The notes under the pieces are model-generated. The model was not told where the DNA came from, made no database searches, and saw only the letters and a list, made by a program, of their open reading frames with translations. Shown here piece by piece: positions 19,959-29,410 of a DNA stretch of 64,000 bases. The position numbers and the translations under genes were made by a program. The stretch comes from a virus. Position 1 is the first letter of the stretch; every line of letters starts with the position of its first letter. The stretch spans positions 36,811-100,810 of IMG/VR virus record IMGVR_UViG_3300021088_000005; one strand, written 5' to 3'.

Positions 19959-20016
19959 TTTGTTCTCCTCAAAAGAACGGGTCGGGAGATATGTTTGAGG
20001 CATATCTCCCACCCTA

Positions 20017-20046
20017 ATCCTAACACGGATGGCCGTCCGTTGTCAA
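20017..20046 (-). promoter_or_regulatory. Sigma70-type promoter for the GIY-YIG gene
   Basis: TTGACA-18 nt-TAGGAT with extended TG. Confidence 0.6.
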
Positions 20047-20053
20047 GAGTTAT

Positions 20054-20138
20054 TTACTGAATGGCCGGAACGCTGTCGATCCAACGCATTCTCTGCGTAT
20101 TGGCCCCGCGTGCCGGAGGAAGTGATACTGTTTGGTGG
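20054..20138 (-). CDS. Major capsid protein, exon 2
   Basis: After the intron's terminal G: C-CAC-CAA... gives (F)HQTVSLPPARGANTQRMRWIDSVPAIQ-stop, in frame with exon 1. Confidence 0.85.
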
Positions 20139-20385
20139 CAGTTTTGTTACCTCAATCTCTTGAGGGGTTAGTCATTTCTGCTAACCTCACACGGTTGTTA
20201 TTCCCGTGTAGCTCAGACTATTGCATCACCCTGTCGGGTGTTCTCTCGCTTAGTCGTTCAGGCTACCTTTCGGCTTGCCCCTCGTTGGCATTTCAGCGTT
20301 CGAGTCAATCAGAGAGAATTTTCTAACGATAGATTACGCTATCGCGAGTCCATTGTTAACGGATGTATCAAGTCCATTAACGTCA
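20139..20385 (-). ncRNA. Group I intron (247 nt, no internal ORF) in the major capsid gene
   Basis: 5' exon ends in U pairing with G (AAGUU/GACUU); P7 GACUA/UAGUC; P8 CACCC/GGGUG; P9 hairpins; terminal G (AAAACUG); splicing restores the frame. Confidence 0.88.
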
Positions 20386-21335
20386 AACTTATATGAGCAC
20401 CAGCCCCCGATTGTTGCTGTCGGGTCGAAGCTGGACGGTGGTGCATTGTCCACAACCTTACAGTCAATCGTGCGCCAGTCGCCTTCACCTAGGTCCACGT
20501 CGCCCGGAACTTCCAACCATACGCCGATCAAAGCGTAGTTACCGAACACATAGGTTCGATAGCCGATCTTACTAGTTGACTGGTAGTTCGCGGTTGTGGT
20601 AACGAACGGAGTCTGACGTAGCACTATGTTCGTACCCGGAAGCTCGATGTCCATCTTCTGGTCTGCACCAGCGATCTTGTCGAACTTCTCGATGTTGCCA
20701 AGCTTCCACAAGTCAACGATTGAGTTGTTCACTGTCGTTGCGTTGAAGATGTCGCCTAGCACGTTCGGGGAAACTGCGCCCATGAACTTCCCGGCCTTGC
20801 AAGGAAGCACGTTCTTTGAAACTAGCTGCTGCTTCAACTCACGGATTGTGCCCAAATCGAGCGTGTACGGAGATGATAGCAAGCTGCTTTGGTTAACCTG
20901 GGTGTCTACAGAAGATGCGCCTGCTGCGTCAGCTACTGCGCTGTACAACTCAGAGATGCTCTGTCCTGCCTGGTAGCCTAGCTCGACTGCGCTGTTTCCA
21001 ACTACGTCGTCTAGTGCGCTGGCAATAACAAAGGAACTGAAGTTGCTGTAATTGTTCCACTCACCCACCTGAGCAGGAGAACTGATCTGCCCGATGAATT
21101 CAGGTGAACCTACAACACCGTCTCCAACCTGGGTTGTGTCCCCGGTTAGGGTGTTGTACTGGAAGAACTGACGGTTGATACCAGCGTTCAACGGCTGGAC
21201 ACGTCGTTCTGCCGCCGCCAAGAATGCATCTGTTTCTCCCTTTAGGTTCGGGATAAGTTCCTTATCGAACAAGATGCTCTGTGCGGTCAATATATTTCCT
21301 ACGTTTGCTGCTGATGGGGTTGGTGATCCAGCCAT
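20386..21335 (-). CDS. Major capsid protein, exon 1 (spliced product 344 aa)
   Basis: Follows the scaffold; C-terminal DPTATIGGWCSYKF resembles N4-gp56-type capsid proteins. Confidence 0.8.
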
Positions 21336-21378
21336 GGCTGAACCTCGTGTGCGTTAACTCCGCTTGCGCGGGATGCGG

Positions 21379-22533
21379 TTATTTCTTAGCCTGCGAACGG
21401 GATGCGGCGAAAGCTTCTATTTGTGCTCTGATTGCGGGATTACGCATCTTCAGACGCATCGTCGCTCCGTCCCATGACTTAATTTCTTCCGCTGTGAGTC
21501 CTTTCGGGGCTGCTGCACTTGGACGAACGCCTGAGTTCTGTCCAGGTTCAATACCACCGTTGACTCCCGGCCTATGCGCGGCGACTACCGGATTTGCCGG
21601 AGACGCTGCTGGTGCCGGAGCAACTACCTGCGGCTGCACGCTCACAGGTGTTACTGGCTGTTGTACTACTGGTGCTACTACCGGAACCGGATTAGCCGGG
21701 GGTGTAGGCACGACTGGCTTCTCAACAGGAGCCAGTTCAGATTCCAATGCATGAAAAGCTAGCTCAAGGTTATCGGATGTCCAGGCGAGTTCGTTCTCCA
21801 CGAAATACGCCTCGATCATCTTGATATTGGCTTGGCAATTGTTGTAATCGTGCTTGTGATCCGCCAAGAACTTCTGACTTACCATTTGCTGGCGGTGCAA
21901 TTCCTGGGCTTCGGCAACTTTCTTGTCTGCCTCTGCCTGAATCTTTCGGGTGTCAGCTTCGTTAACCTTTCGAACAGCTTCTAGCTGCTTCTGAGGGTCG
22001 TCCGACTTCAAGTCCTTCATGTACGCCAATAGCTCTTCGTCTGTCGCCTTTGGAGCGGCTGGTGCTACTGGTTCTTTGAAGGTAAGCTTCTGCTTCTTCA
22101 AGCGGTGAAATGCTCGGGTCGCCTGAACGTGCGCTTCTATGATCTTGCCGCGCATCTCTTCTTCGGTTGCTGCTTCGAGGTGAGTCGGACGCCCAATCGG
22201 GTTTCCGTCTTCGTCCTTCACCTGATAGTCAACCACAATTTTCTTCGGTGCTACCGAGATTACGGGCTCTACCGGAACAACTTCTGCTACAGGGACTACC
22301 GGGGTCTCGACCACGGGCTCTGCAACGGTCTCGACTACAGGCTCCGCTACCGGAGTCCTGGACTCGATCTCTGCCTGTGCTGCCTCGACTTCTGCAATAG
22401 GCTTGGCTGCAATGACCTTATAGATGGCTTCGCGCATCTCTGGACGGCGCATCTGGTCTTTCATTGTCTGTCCGTCCCACGATTTAATGTGATCGAACGT
22501 GAGAGTTTCAGGCGTTACGCTTGGTGTTGTCAT
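21379..22533 (-). CDS. Capsid scaffolding protein
   Basis: Between portal and capsid genes; E/P/V-rich and coiled; IKSWDGxTM motif at both termini. Confidence 0.65.
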   Translation of the reverse strand: MTTPSVTPETLTFDHIKSWDGQTMKDQMRRPEMREAIYKVIAAKPIAEVEAAQAEIESRTPVAEPVVETVAEPVVETPVVPVAEVVPVEPVISVAPKKIVVDYQVKDEDGNPIGRPTHLEAATEEEMRGKIIEAHVQATRAFHRLKKQKLTFKEPVAPAAPKATDEELLAYMKDLKSDDPQKQLEAVRKVNEADTRKIQAEADKKVAEAQELHRQQMVSQKFLADHKHDYNNCQANIKMIEAYFVENELAWTSDNLELAFHALESELAPVEKPVVPTPPANPVPVVAPVVQQPVTPVSVQPQVVAPAPAASPANPVVAAHRPGVNGGIEPGQNSGVRPSAAAPKGLTAEEIKSWDGATMRLKMRNPAIRAQIEAFAASRSQAKK

Positions 22534-22864
22534 TATTTAATCCTTTTACTATTCGATTAGGTTCCGGCTTAAGCTCCTTCTCTTCCTGCTGGACAGTGAG
22601 TAATCGTTCTTGTAACTCAATAGTCTGTAGGATTAGAAGGGAGAATTCATTACGTTCGCGAGCCCGTGACTGGAGGGCTTTAAGCTTTCGCTCATAGCCC
22701 TCGTCAGTTGGATTCAAGCTTATAACTTCTTCGGTGGCTCTCTTGCAAGCCGCCATGAACAGCTTTTCTAGAACAGGATATCCAGGTTGATGTTTCAGAG
22801 CCGATAGAGACACTCTCTCGGTCTGGGTTAGATCACCCGGTTCCATTAGTAGCGGTACTGGCAT
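22508..22864 (-). CDS. Small head-assembly-region protein (118 aa)
   Basis: Helical ORF between portal and scaffold. Confidence 0.55.
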   Translation of the reverse strand: MPVPLLMEPGDLTQTERVSLSALKHQPGYPVLEKLFMAACKRATEEVISLNPTDEGYERKLKALQSRARERNEFSLLILQTIELQERLLTVQQEEKELKPEPNRIVKGLNNDNTKRNA

Positions 22865-22875
22865 TTATATTCCTT

Positions 22876-24996
22876 TTATAGCGAGGTCTCTGAGCCGAAT
22901 GACTCAGGATTATTGCTCGGCTGTCCCTGTTCTTCCATATTCAAACTATGCTCTGTAGCTGCACGTAGGGCTTCCGCGCCAGCCTTGCCCAAGGTCTTCT
23001 GATCTTCCAAAACCTGGTCTTGCTGGAACTTCTGCTGTTGCATAGCCTGCTGACCCTTGATCTGCTGCGCTTGCATTGCGGCAGGAGAGTTAGCTTCGTA
23101 TCTTTGTACTTGTTCCGGCGTCATCGGCTTCAAGAAGTCCTGACTGAACTTCCATCCTGCCGCGTCAGTAAATGCCTTGAAGATCGCCACTGCGTCAAAC
23201 ATCCAGTGCGCGTCATTGACACTCTTCTGGAACGTCGGGTTGTTCAACAACTGTATGATTACTGGTAGCGCCTGGGCCATTTCCTTCTTTGCGCCCAACT
23301 TTGCGCCTGCTAGGACTTCATACTCGAACTTCGCAGTGCGAAACTCGATATGATCCCCTAGATACTTAGTTCCCATCTCTTCGCCAAGAACTCGGCGGAG
23401 AACTGATGTTGGGAGCAACAGGTTGTTTAGCTCGTCCATCTGGTAGAGCCACGGTTCGAAAACCTGCTCTACTAAACGGCTGGTGGGTCCGTCCAATCGA
23501 GACGCATTAGCCTGTCCGACTAATGACGCTCCGGTTGCGGAACGCATTCCGGTTGTCTTAACACCCGGACTGCCTGCGCCCATCATAACTTGTTCGTTAG
23601 CGCCTGATGTCTGCTGCGCGGTAGACGCTGCCTGCTGCAAAAACTGCCACGCTTCGCCGGGAACCGGAGGCATCGTCAAGAACTTGAATGCCTTGTCCAC
23701 GTCGTCGTCCACGTCGATAATGCCGCCCTGCTTCCAGCGGGTCATCTGCGTAGGAACATTGAATCCCTTCTTACGAATAGCAGTTGGCTGCAACCCGTAT
23801 GCAAGTAGATCGAGAGCCAGGTTAGTGATACCCTGCTCTACAACTTGCTCAGGACCGATTAACTGACCGAGACCCTGGCCATAGAAGCTGTCAGGAAGAT
23901 CGCGCCAGTTTGCGCTAAAGAATGGAAGCTTACCGTATGGGTTAGCTTCATTCCTGATTAGAATGTTTATGCCGTTGAATGTCAGAACAACGATAACCCT
24001 ATCCTTATCCCATCGCTCAAGGATTTCCATCGGGTTGTCTAGAGGGTTGGCACTGGTCTTCCTGCTTCTCGGAAGAGCCTGCTGCAAATACCCCCACATG
24101 CCTTCCGGGATGGTCATGCTGATATTGTCTGCGCCGACTGTCGGGGCTGACAAAAAGAATGACTTCAAGTCTGCTTCGCTCGGGATGCTGTACCCCGGAA
24201 CACCACGGAGAATGTTTAGATCGTCGTAGGTCGCGTAGTCTCGGTAGATAACCCACTTAGCTTCGCGAATATCACCAACTCGACAACCCATGTCAACCAA
24301 AACCGTACGGATATCGCAGTACCTGATCCACGGTCGAGAAATCTTAACTGCTTCAACGAATACTTCGTACTCGTCGGAATCGGGCGTATCAATAGCGGGT
24401 GTTGGAGCTATCGAGTCGAGATTAAGCTGTTGAGCCTTGCGGCGAACACTCTTAACCTTATCGTCGCGCTCTAGGTAACCCCACTTGAATATGGTCGTTC
24501 CTAGTAGAGCCATCTGGTCTACGCCGCGCTGCATCTGGGTTCTGAACTTCATGTCCCATAGCTGTGCGGAGAACAGAGCAGTCTTGGCTCGGGTCACGTC
24601 TGGCTTCGTTCCCGGACGCGGGCGAAGCAAGAATGGTGGGTCTTCGTAAAACAAACCCTCTATGACCTTAGGGCTGATTGCGCTCAAATGATTTGATAGA
24701 GTAAACTTCGGAACATTAGCCTGAGCCACGTTTCCGCCGTCAAAAGCTGACGAGTCACGCGGGCTCTGCAAAAGAATCAAACTTTCAGTCCAGTTAGACG
24801 CCCACTGGTTAATGTTGGCGTAGGTGTCAGCAGCCGCAGCATCGTCTATAACAAGCTTTAACGCTGCTTCGTTATCGAACATGTACGCCCCGGTTTCGGC
24901 GTCCTGGGTCATGTTCTCTGATGTTATGGTGCCCACAGGCTCAACCGCTATCCTCTCGATAGTATCGGCTGCATGCTGGTTTAAGGCTTCCGTCAT
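22876..24996 (-). CDS. Portal protein (706 aa)
   Basis: Follows TerL; LLGTTIFKWG, NPYGKLPFF, FYGQGLG, RSATG motifs and Q-rich C-terminal tail typical of podovirus portals. Confidence 0.88.
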   Translation of the reverse strand: MTEALNQHAADTIERIAVEPVGTITSENMTQDAETGAYMFDNEAALKLVIDDAAAADTYANINQWASNWTESLILLQSPRDSSAFDGGNVAQANVPKFTLSNHLSAISPKVIEGLFYEDPPFLLRPRPGTKPDVTRAKTALFSAQLWDMKFRTQMQRGVDQMALLGTTIFKWGYLERDDKVKSVRRKAQQLNLDSIAPTPAIDTPDSDEYEVFVEAVKISRPWIRYCDIRTVLVDMGCRVGDIREAKWVIYRDYATYDDLNILRGVPGYSIPSEADLKSFFLSAPTVGADNISMTIPEGMWGYLQQALPRSRKTSANPLDNPMEILERWDKDRVIVVLTFNGINILIRNEANPYGKLPFFSANWRDLPDSFYGQGLGQLIGPEQVVEQGITNLALDLLAYGLQPTAIRKKGFNVPTQMTRWKQGGIIDVDDDVDKAFKFLTMPPVPGEAWQFLQQAASTAQQTSGANEQVMMGAGSPGVKTTGMRSATGASLVGQANASRLDGPTSRLVEQVFEPWLYQMDELNNLLLPTSVLRRVLGEEMGTKYLGDHIEFRTAKFEYEVLAGAKLGAKKEMAQALPVIIQLLNNPTFQKSVNDAHWMFDAVAIFKAFTDAAGWKFSQDFLKPMTPEQVQRYEANSPAAMQAQQIKGQQAMQQQKFQQDQVLEDQKTLGKAGAEALRAATEHSLNMEEQGQPSNNPESFGSETSL

Positions 24997-25008
24997 CTTG
25001 ATTCCCTA

Positions 25009-27285
25009 TTACCGTCCCCAATATTTCTTCTTGATATTATCGATTGGAGTTTCCGGCTTCTGTTGTTGCTCTATTTGTTCGGTTCTTCTTTGAAACACAT
25101 CGTAGTCTCTTCCGAACATCATGTCATGCTGTGCCTGAAGTAATTTAGCGCCTATTTCCCTATCTTCTTGTGCTAAATCTTGTTGCTGTTGTTCAGGTGA
25201 CTTCGGAGTACTGCTAGGAAGATATCGACTAATAAACGACATCGCATCCGGAATGTCATCTTTCCTCGTTCGAGTGCTCTTAGCTCCGGTGTACTGGCTC
25301 AACTGCGTAAAGGTCTCGTCATTCCACGGACCCATAGAGAAGAACAGCCTATCGGCTTTAAGAAGCACTTCGAGCCCTTTGATGCGGTTACGTTTTGCGT
25401 CGTACCCCTGCTCAACTGGTGCCCAATAGATGTGATAGCACGGCAAACCTGTCTGCTTGAACGCCATCGGGATAGCTAGCGAGATGAAGGACTCTAGACC
25501 GCCTGTATTCTCGATCTGAATCTTTCTCGGCAACCATTTCTGGTTCATTTTAGCCAAATGGGTTGCTATCTCGGTCTGCGTCCACTTTCCGTAGTCTACG
25601 TCCAACACTACGGTAGCCACGTCGCCGTCTTGAATCCCGGTGTCGGGATTCCTCTTTCTGAAAATCTTCATGGCAATGAAGGTTGACCAATCGGAGTTCT
25701 TCTTGGCTTCCTTCGCCATGTCGCCCATAATGTAGACATCGCCCTTGAGCGCCGCTGCCTCTGTTGGCAGCATCTGGCGACTCTTCAATAACTCTAGAGG
25801 GATGTTTACACCGTCGTCGCCCCAAACTGGCTCATTCAGATACTGACAACGGAACGTGTACTCGTTTCTTAGCTTGCCCTGAAGGAACTTCCAGCTTGCG
25901 TGCTCTGGAAAAGTCAGAGTGACCATGTGTTCTTCAAGTTCTTTAACCTTTCGGTTGCCTGGGTTAGCAAATTCAGGCTTAACATACCACGCTGCTCTCT
26001 TGAACAGCTTAATGCTAAGTTCTTCTGGTTTGTCTTTGGCTGATGTTTCGAGATACCCGTAATAATCATCAGGGAAGTAGCGGGTGCCGATGAAATCGAT
26101 CCAGCCCCAGGTATCGCACACAGACATAGTAGTATCTATGTGATTCTTAAGCTTCTCTCTGGTGATAGGAGTTTGACAGTTGGTATTAGATACCACGTCG
26201 TCAAACTTCAACACATCACAGTGCAATCCGGACAACGTGGAATCGATAGAGTCCGCCCAAAGAGTTGCGTAAGGACGTTCGATTCTGCGGGCGGGACACT
26301 CTAGCGGTTCATTAGACGTTCCCTTGACTCCACGCAATACGTATTCTGGGAATAATAGATGAAGTGGACTCGGCGTTGCGCCCGCCGCAAGAAAGAATTT
26401 CTTCTTGATCTCGTTCACGAATATCTCTGCAAGGTTGTTATCCGCGCAAAGAATAATCATGGTAATGTCAGGGCATGCAAGCATGTGCTGAATAGCATCA
26501 GCACGTCCAATGGTTGACTTAAAGAAATCGCGGGCGTCCTGAGTCAAAGAAATCCGGTCGTAATTGCACGGGTCTTCGACATCGGTTTGCGATTTCGGAA
26601 TATAGTTCTTGGTTTCCGGATTCCATCTCTGCGGAACGCGGTTTTGTCGCTGAATTGCGGAAGTTAGCTCGTGGATGAGATATCCAGGTCGATAAACTCC
26701 GTCATAGTTCTTTGAGACGAACTGATCGCAGACAGTCTGATGGACCCGTTCGATCACTAGGCTGTTACCTAGGACTTCTTGGTTCAGCCACAGCAAGTCT
26801 TTACGAGCCTGATCGCGTGCGTAAAGCCAATCCGGAAAGTCCAGATAGCCGTCGTCATGGAAGTGGGCACCGTACGTAAATCCGTTCGGTACTGGGATTC
26901 CATTCTTATCGAACACAGAAGTGAAGCAAACACGTCGTGCTTTGATTGGCTCTATCGCCAGGTCTTCACGACCTTTCTTGGCTTTCTTTGGTTTTTCCTT
27001 TCCGCGTAGCTGATCTTCTTCGGAAAGATACTGGACGCCGATATACAAGTACCACAACTCCTCCATCGGAGTCTTGCTGCTATTGTTTCCGTCTGCCGGA
27101 CTCACGTGACCTTCGCCACGAAAATACTTGCCTTCAAGACAACACTCTAGGATTTCCTTGTCCACCTTAGACAAGTCGAGACCTTCGATCTCGCCCTTGA
27201 CTAGTTTAGACCAAAATGGGGCTTGCTTCTTCGCACGGTAACTTACAAACTCCCAATCCTTCTTTTCTTGTCCTGATAGGCCCAT
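25009..27285 (-). CDS. terL: Terminase large subunit (758 aa)
   Basis: Walker A-like ARDFFKST, Walker B GLHCDVLKFDDVV, IGTRY, QYLNEP, nuclease motifs GDMA, SDW, IEN, KDDIPDA. Confidence 0.92.
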   Translation of the reverse strand: MGLSGQEKKDWEFVSYRAKKQAPFWSKLVKGEIEGLDLSKVDKEILECCLEGKYFRGEGHVSPADGNNSSKTPMEELWYLYIGVQYLSEEDQLRGKEKPKKAKKGREDLAIEPIKARRVCFTSVFDKNGIPVPNGFTYGAHFHDDGYLDFPDWLYARDQARKDLLWLNQEVLGNSLVIERVHQTVCDQFVSKNYDGVYRPGYLIHELTSAIQRQNRVPQRWNPETKNYIPKSQTDVEDPCNYDRISLTQDARDFFKSTIGRADAIQHMLACPDITMIILCADNNLAEIFVNEIKKKFFLAAGATPSPLHLLFPEYVLRGVKGTSNEPLECPARRIERPYATLWADSIDSTLSGLHCDVLKFDDVVSNTNCQTPITREKLKNHIDTTMSVCDTWGWIDFIGTRYFPDDYYGYLETSAKDKPEELSIKLFKRAAWYVKPEFANPGNRKVKELEEHMVTLTFPEHASWKFLQGKLRNEYTFRCQYLNEPVWGDDGVNIPLELLKSRQMLPTEAAALKGDVYIMGDMAKEAKKNSDWSTFIAMKIFRKRNPDTGIQDGDVATVVLDVDYGKWTQTEIATHLAKMNQKWLPRKIQIENTGGLESFISLAIPMAFKQTGLPCYHIYWAPVEQGYDAKRNRIKGLEVLLKADRLFFSMGPWNDETFTQLSQYTGAKSTRTRKDDIPDAMSFISRYLPSSTPKSPEQQQQDLAQEDREIGAKLLQAQHDMMFGRDYDVFQRRTEQIEQQQKPETPIDNIKKKYWGR

Positions 27286-27316
27286 ATATTTTGCCTCGGT
27301 ATTGTCAAACTATTTC

Positions 27317-27943
27317 CTACGACGCGTAGGCTGTGTCTTCCGATTCTTTCTTCGGCTTGAAAACTGGTTTCGCTTGAAACTTGTTGCCGTCGAACGTAAC
27401 CGCTACTACTCCGCCCGGTTCAACCAATGCGTGCTTGTGGTCGTTGTGAAGCAGATGGCCCAAGCTGTGAATAACCGATGAATGAACTGAAAAGTAGCTC
27501 GGCTTTCCTGATCTTAGCGCTGCTCGAAATCCCTTAAATAGGGGAGGACGGACACGATCATTAACACCGTCGATAGACTCTCCACCTGGGATACGCTTAT
27601 CGGTGTGCTCATGATAGTACTTCATATCTTCTTTGTGGTCGTCTTTGCTCAGTCCGGTGTATTTTCCGGAATCGAGAGGTCTAAGTTTTTCGGTGGAGTT
27701 GAGCCGGACGCCGCGTCCCTTTAGGACTGCCTTGCCTGTATCCTTAGCTCTGCTTAGGTCGCTAGTCCATGCTTGTCCAATCGGCTTGTCTGCCATGAAC
27801 TTAGCTTGGTCTTGCGCGTCCTGCCGACCCTGATCGTCCAAAGGAACATCCCTCTGACCACGATACTTGTTTTCTTTGTTGAGTTCCGTAGTCCCGTGCC
27901 TGCCGACATACGCGATGACTCTCTCATTCTGGTTTTCTGCCAT
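27317..27943 (-). CDS. Histidine phosphatase superfamily protein
   Basis: RHG motif (YVGRHGTT), SDLSRA, PGGES, second His (SVHSS). Confidence 0.88.
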   Translation of the reverse strand: MAENQNERVIAYVGRHGTTELNKENKYRGQRDVPLDDQGRQDAQDQAKFMADKPIGQAWTSDLSRAKDTGKAVLKGRGVRLNSTEKLRPLDSGKYTGLSKDDHKEDMKYYHEHTDKRIPGGESIDGVNDRVRPPLFKGFRAALRSGKPSYFSVHSSVIHSLGHLLHNDHKHALVEPGGVVAVTFDGNKFQAKPVFKPKKESEDTAYAS

Positions 27944-28331
27944 GGGCTCTCAAATACTCAATCGCTCTTTGTAGTAATACAACGCTATCGTTAAAGAAAC
28001 CGAGTGCCCTATTACACTTATGACACAATAGTTTCCTCAAGCAATTAGAGCAACTTTTCTTTCCTCCACAGCACTCATGATTGTGATCGTATACCAGAAC
28101 CTCTCCGCCTTTCGGAGGATTTCCACATATGGCGCATACTCCGCCTTGAGAATCTAAGTCCTGTTGATACTGCTCGATAGTCTTACCGTGATATCTCTTT
28201 AGATCAGCTTTTCGATAAGTGATTGAGCGAATAATTAAGATTCCCGTGGGGTTCTTTGCTACTCCCTTAAGAGCTTCGCTAATTGCGGTCTTGTGTTCTG
28301 GCGAACACGGTATTCCTTTTGGTCTTGACAT
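27924..28331 (-). CDS. Endonuclease VII-like HNH endonuclease
   Basis: QGGVCAIC...YDHNH...LRKLLCHKCNRALG; N-terminal NUMOD3-like motif. Confidence 0.85.
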   Translation of the reverse strand: MSRPKGIPCSPEHKTAISEALKGVAKNPTGILIIRSITYRKADLKRYHGKTIEQYQQDLDSQGGVCAICGNPPKGGEVLVYDHNHECCGGKKSCSNCLRKLLCHKCNRALGFFNDSVVLLQRAIEYLRAHGRKPE

Positions 28332-28415
28332 TTATTTTTCCCCTAAACAGAATCGACTAGTGGCGTGGTTTAGGCACGCCCTCAAGTCTGCTCTTCGGGA
28401 GCTACCCAAAGAATA

Positions 28416-28592
28416 TCATGATAGTTCTTGTATCCTTCTTTCGATCTCCTCGCTGCTAGGAACCTTAACTGAAAACGGCTCTAGAACAGAAAGTTTGACT
28501 AGAGCTTGGATAGCCTCAATTCTAAGGCGTCTCTCTTCCTCGACTTGCTGCATCAGCTTGCCGATGACTTTCTTAAGAAGTTCCTCGGACAT
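28416..28592 (-). CDS. Hypothetical 58-aa helical protein
   Basis: Manual translation MSEELLKKVIGKLMQQ...; below the track cut-off. Confidence 0.45.
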   Translation of the reverse strand: MSEELLKKVIGKLMQQVEEERRLRIEAIQALVKLSVLEPFSVKVPSSEEIERRIQELS

Positions 28593-28620
28593 TGTTTACC
28601 ATTTCCAGAATTCGATGACT

Positions 28621-28905
28621 TTAAGAAACCACTGCCACCAAGTTGGTGGGAGGTTGAATAGGCACCGTTACAGCGACTTCGTTCGAGTGAACGGATTCGA
28701 CGCCTTGTGCGGATACCGCCGTCACCACGTAGTCCAGTTTCTCTCCGCCTGTCACGTTAGGGTCAACAAATGTTGTTCCAGTGATTAGCGACGGATTGAT
28801 CGGGGTTGCCCCTTCGTTTCCTGGGGGATTTGTTCCACGGTATACGTTGTATCCTGCAACTGTGTCAGTAGATGCTACCCAATTAAGAGTTACGGAATGT
28901 GACAT
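28621..28905 (-). CDS. Single fibronectin type III domain protein
   Basis: VTLNW...AGYNVYR...FVD...YVVTAV...ES.HSNEV. Confidence 0.85.
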   Translation of the reverse strand: MSHSVTLNWVASTDTVAGYNVYRGTNPPGNEGATPINPSLITGTTFVDPNVTGGEKLDYVVTAVSAQGVESVHSNEVAVTVPIQPPTNLVAVVS

Positions 28906-28915
28906 TGGTCTCCTA

Positions 28916-29143
28916 TTACTTCTTTGAAAATGCTTCTACAGCCGAACCCACCTTGTTTGCTACATAGTGGGACGTGCTAAATGCAGTTACCCCGGCAGTC
29001 GCTACAGCGTCCGGCAGGGCATGAGTGTGATATACCACGTGCGATATCCAGACTATACTAGCCAATGCGCAGACCGCAGAAACAATGCGTGACGAGCTAG
29101 GCGTTCCGTTATCTGAAAATGCACCTTTGATGAACTGTTTCAT
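28916..29143 (-). CDS. Small membrane protein, possible holin
   Basis: 75 aa, SSSR motif followed by two hydrophobic segments. Confidence 0.45.
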   Translation of the reverse strand: MKQFIKGAFSDNGTPSSSRIVSAVCALASIVWISHVVYHTHALPDAVATAGVTAFSTSHYVANKVGSAVEAFSKK

Positions 29144-29149
29144 ATATCC

Positions 29150-29401
29150 CTATTGCGTAAATGTTCCTGCTGCCGTAACTGATGCAACTGCGGTTCCCGT
29201 AGGAGAAGGAATCTCTCCCGCCGCGATAGCCGCGTTCAGCATTAGTGGTGCTATAAAATTTTGGATAGCTGTCGTATTTGGCAAACCTGCGATTGCGCTA
29301 AACCATGGATTAATAGTGACAGGAAATCCGTCTACCGTTCCTGTTATAGTCATAATATCGCCAACGTGGACAGCACTTAAAACCACATATGTATGCGCCA
29401 T
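29150..29401 (-). CDS. Hypothetical protein (83 aa)
   Basis: SD GAGGA; packed in operon. Confidence 0.55.
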   Translation of the reverse strand: MAHTYVVLSAVHVGDIMTITGTVDGFPVTINPWFSAIAGLPNTTAIQNFIAPLMLNAAIAAGEIPSPTGTAVASVTAAGTFTQ

Positions 29402-29410
29402 TTAATCCTC

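Noticed and set aside
20334-20385. C-terminus DVNGLDTSVNNGLAIA of the 333-aa capsid ORF
   Set aside because: It is read-through into the intron; splicing gives a different in-frame end.
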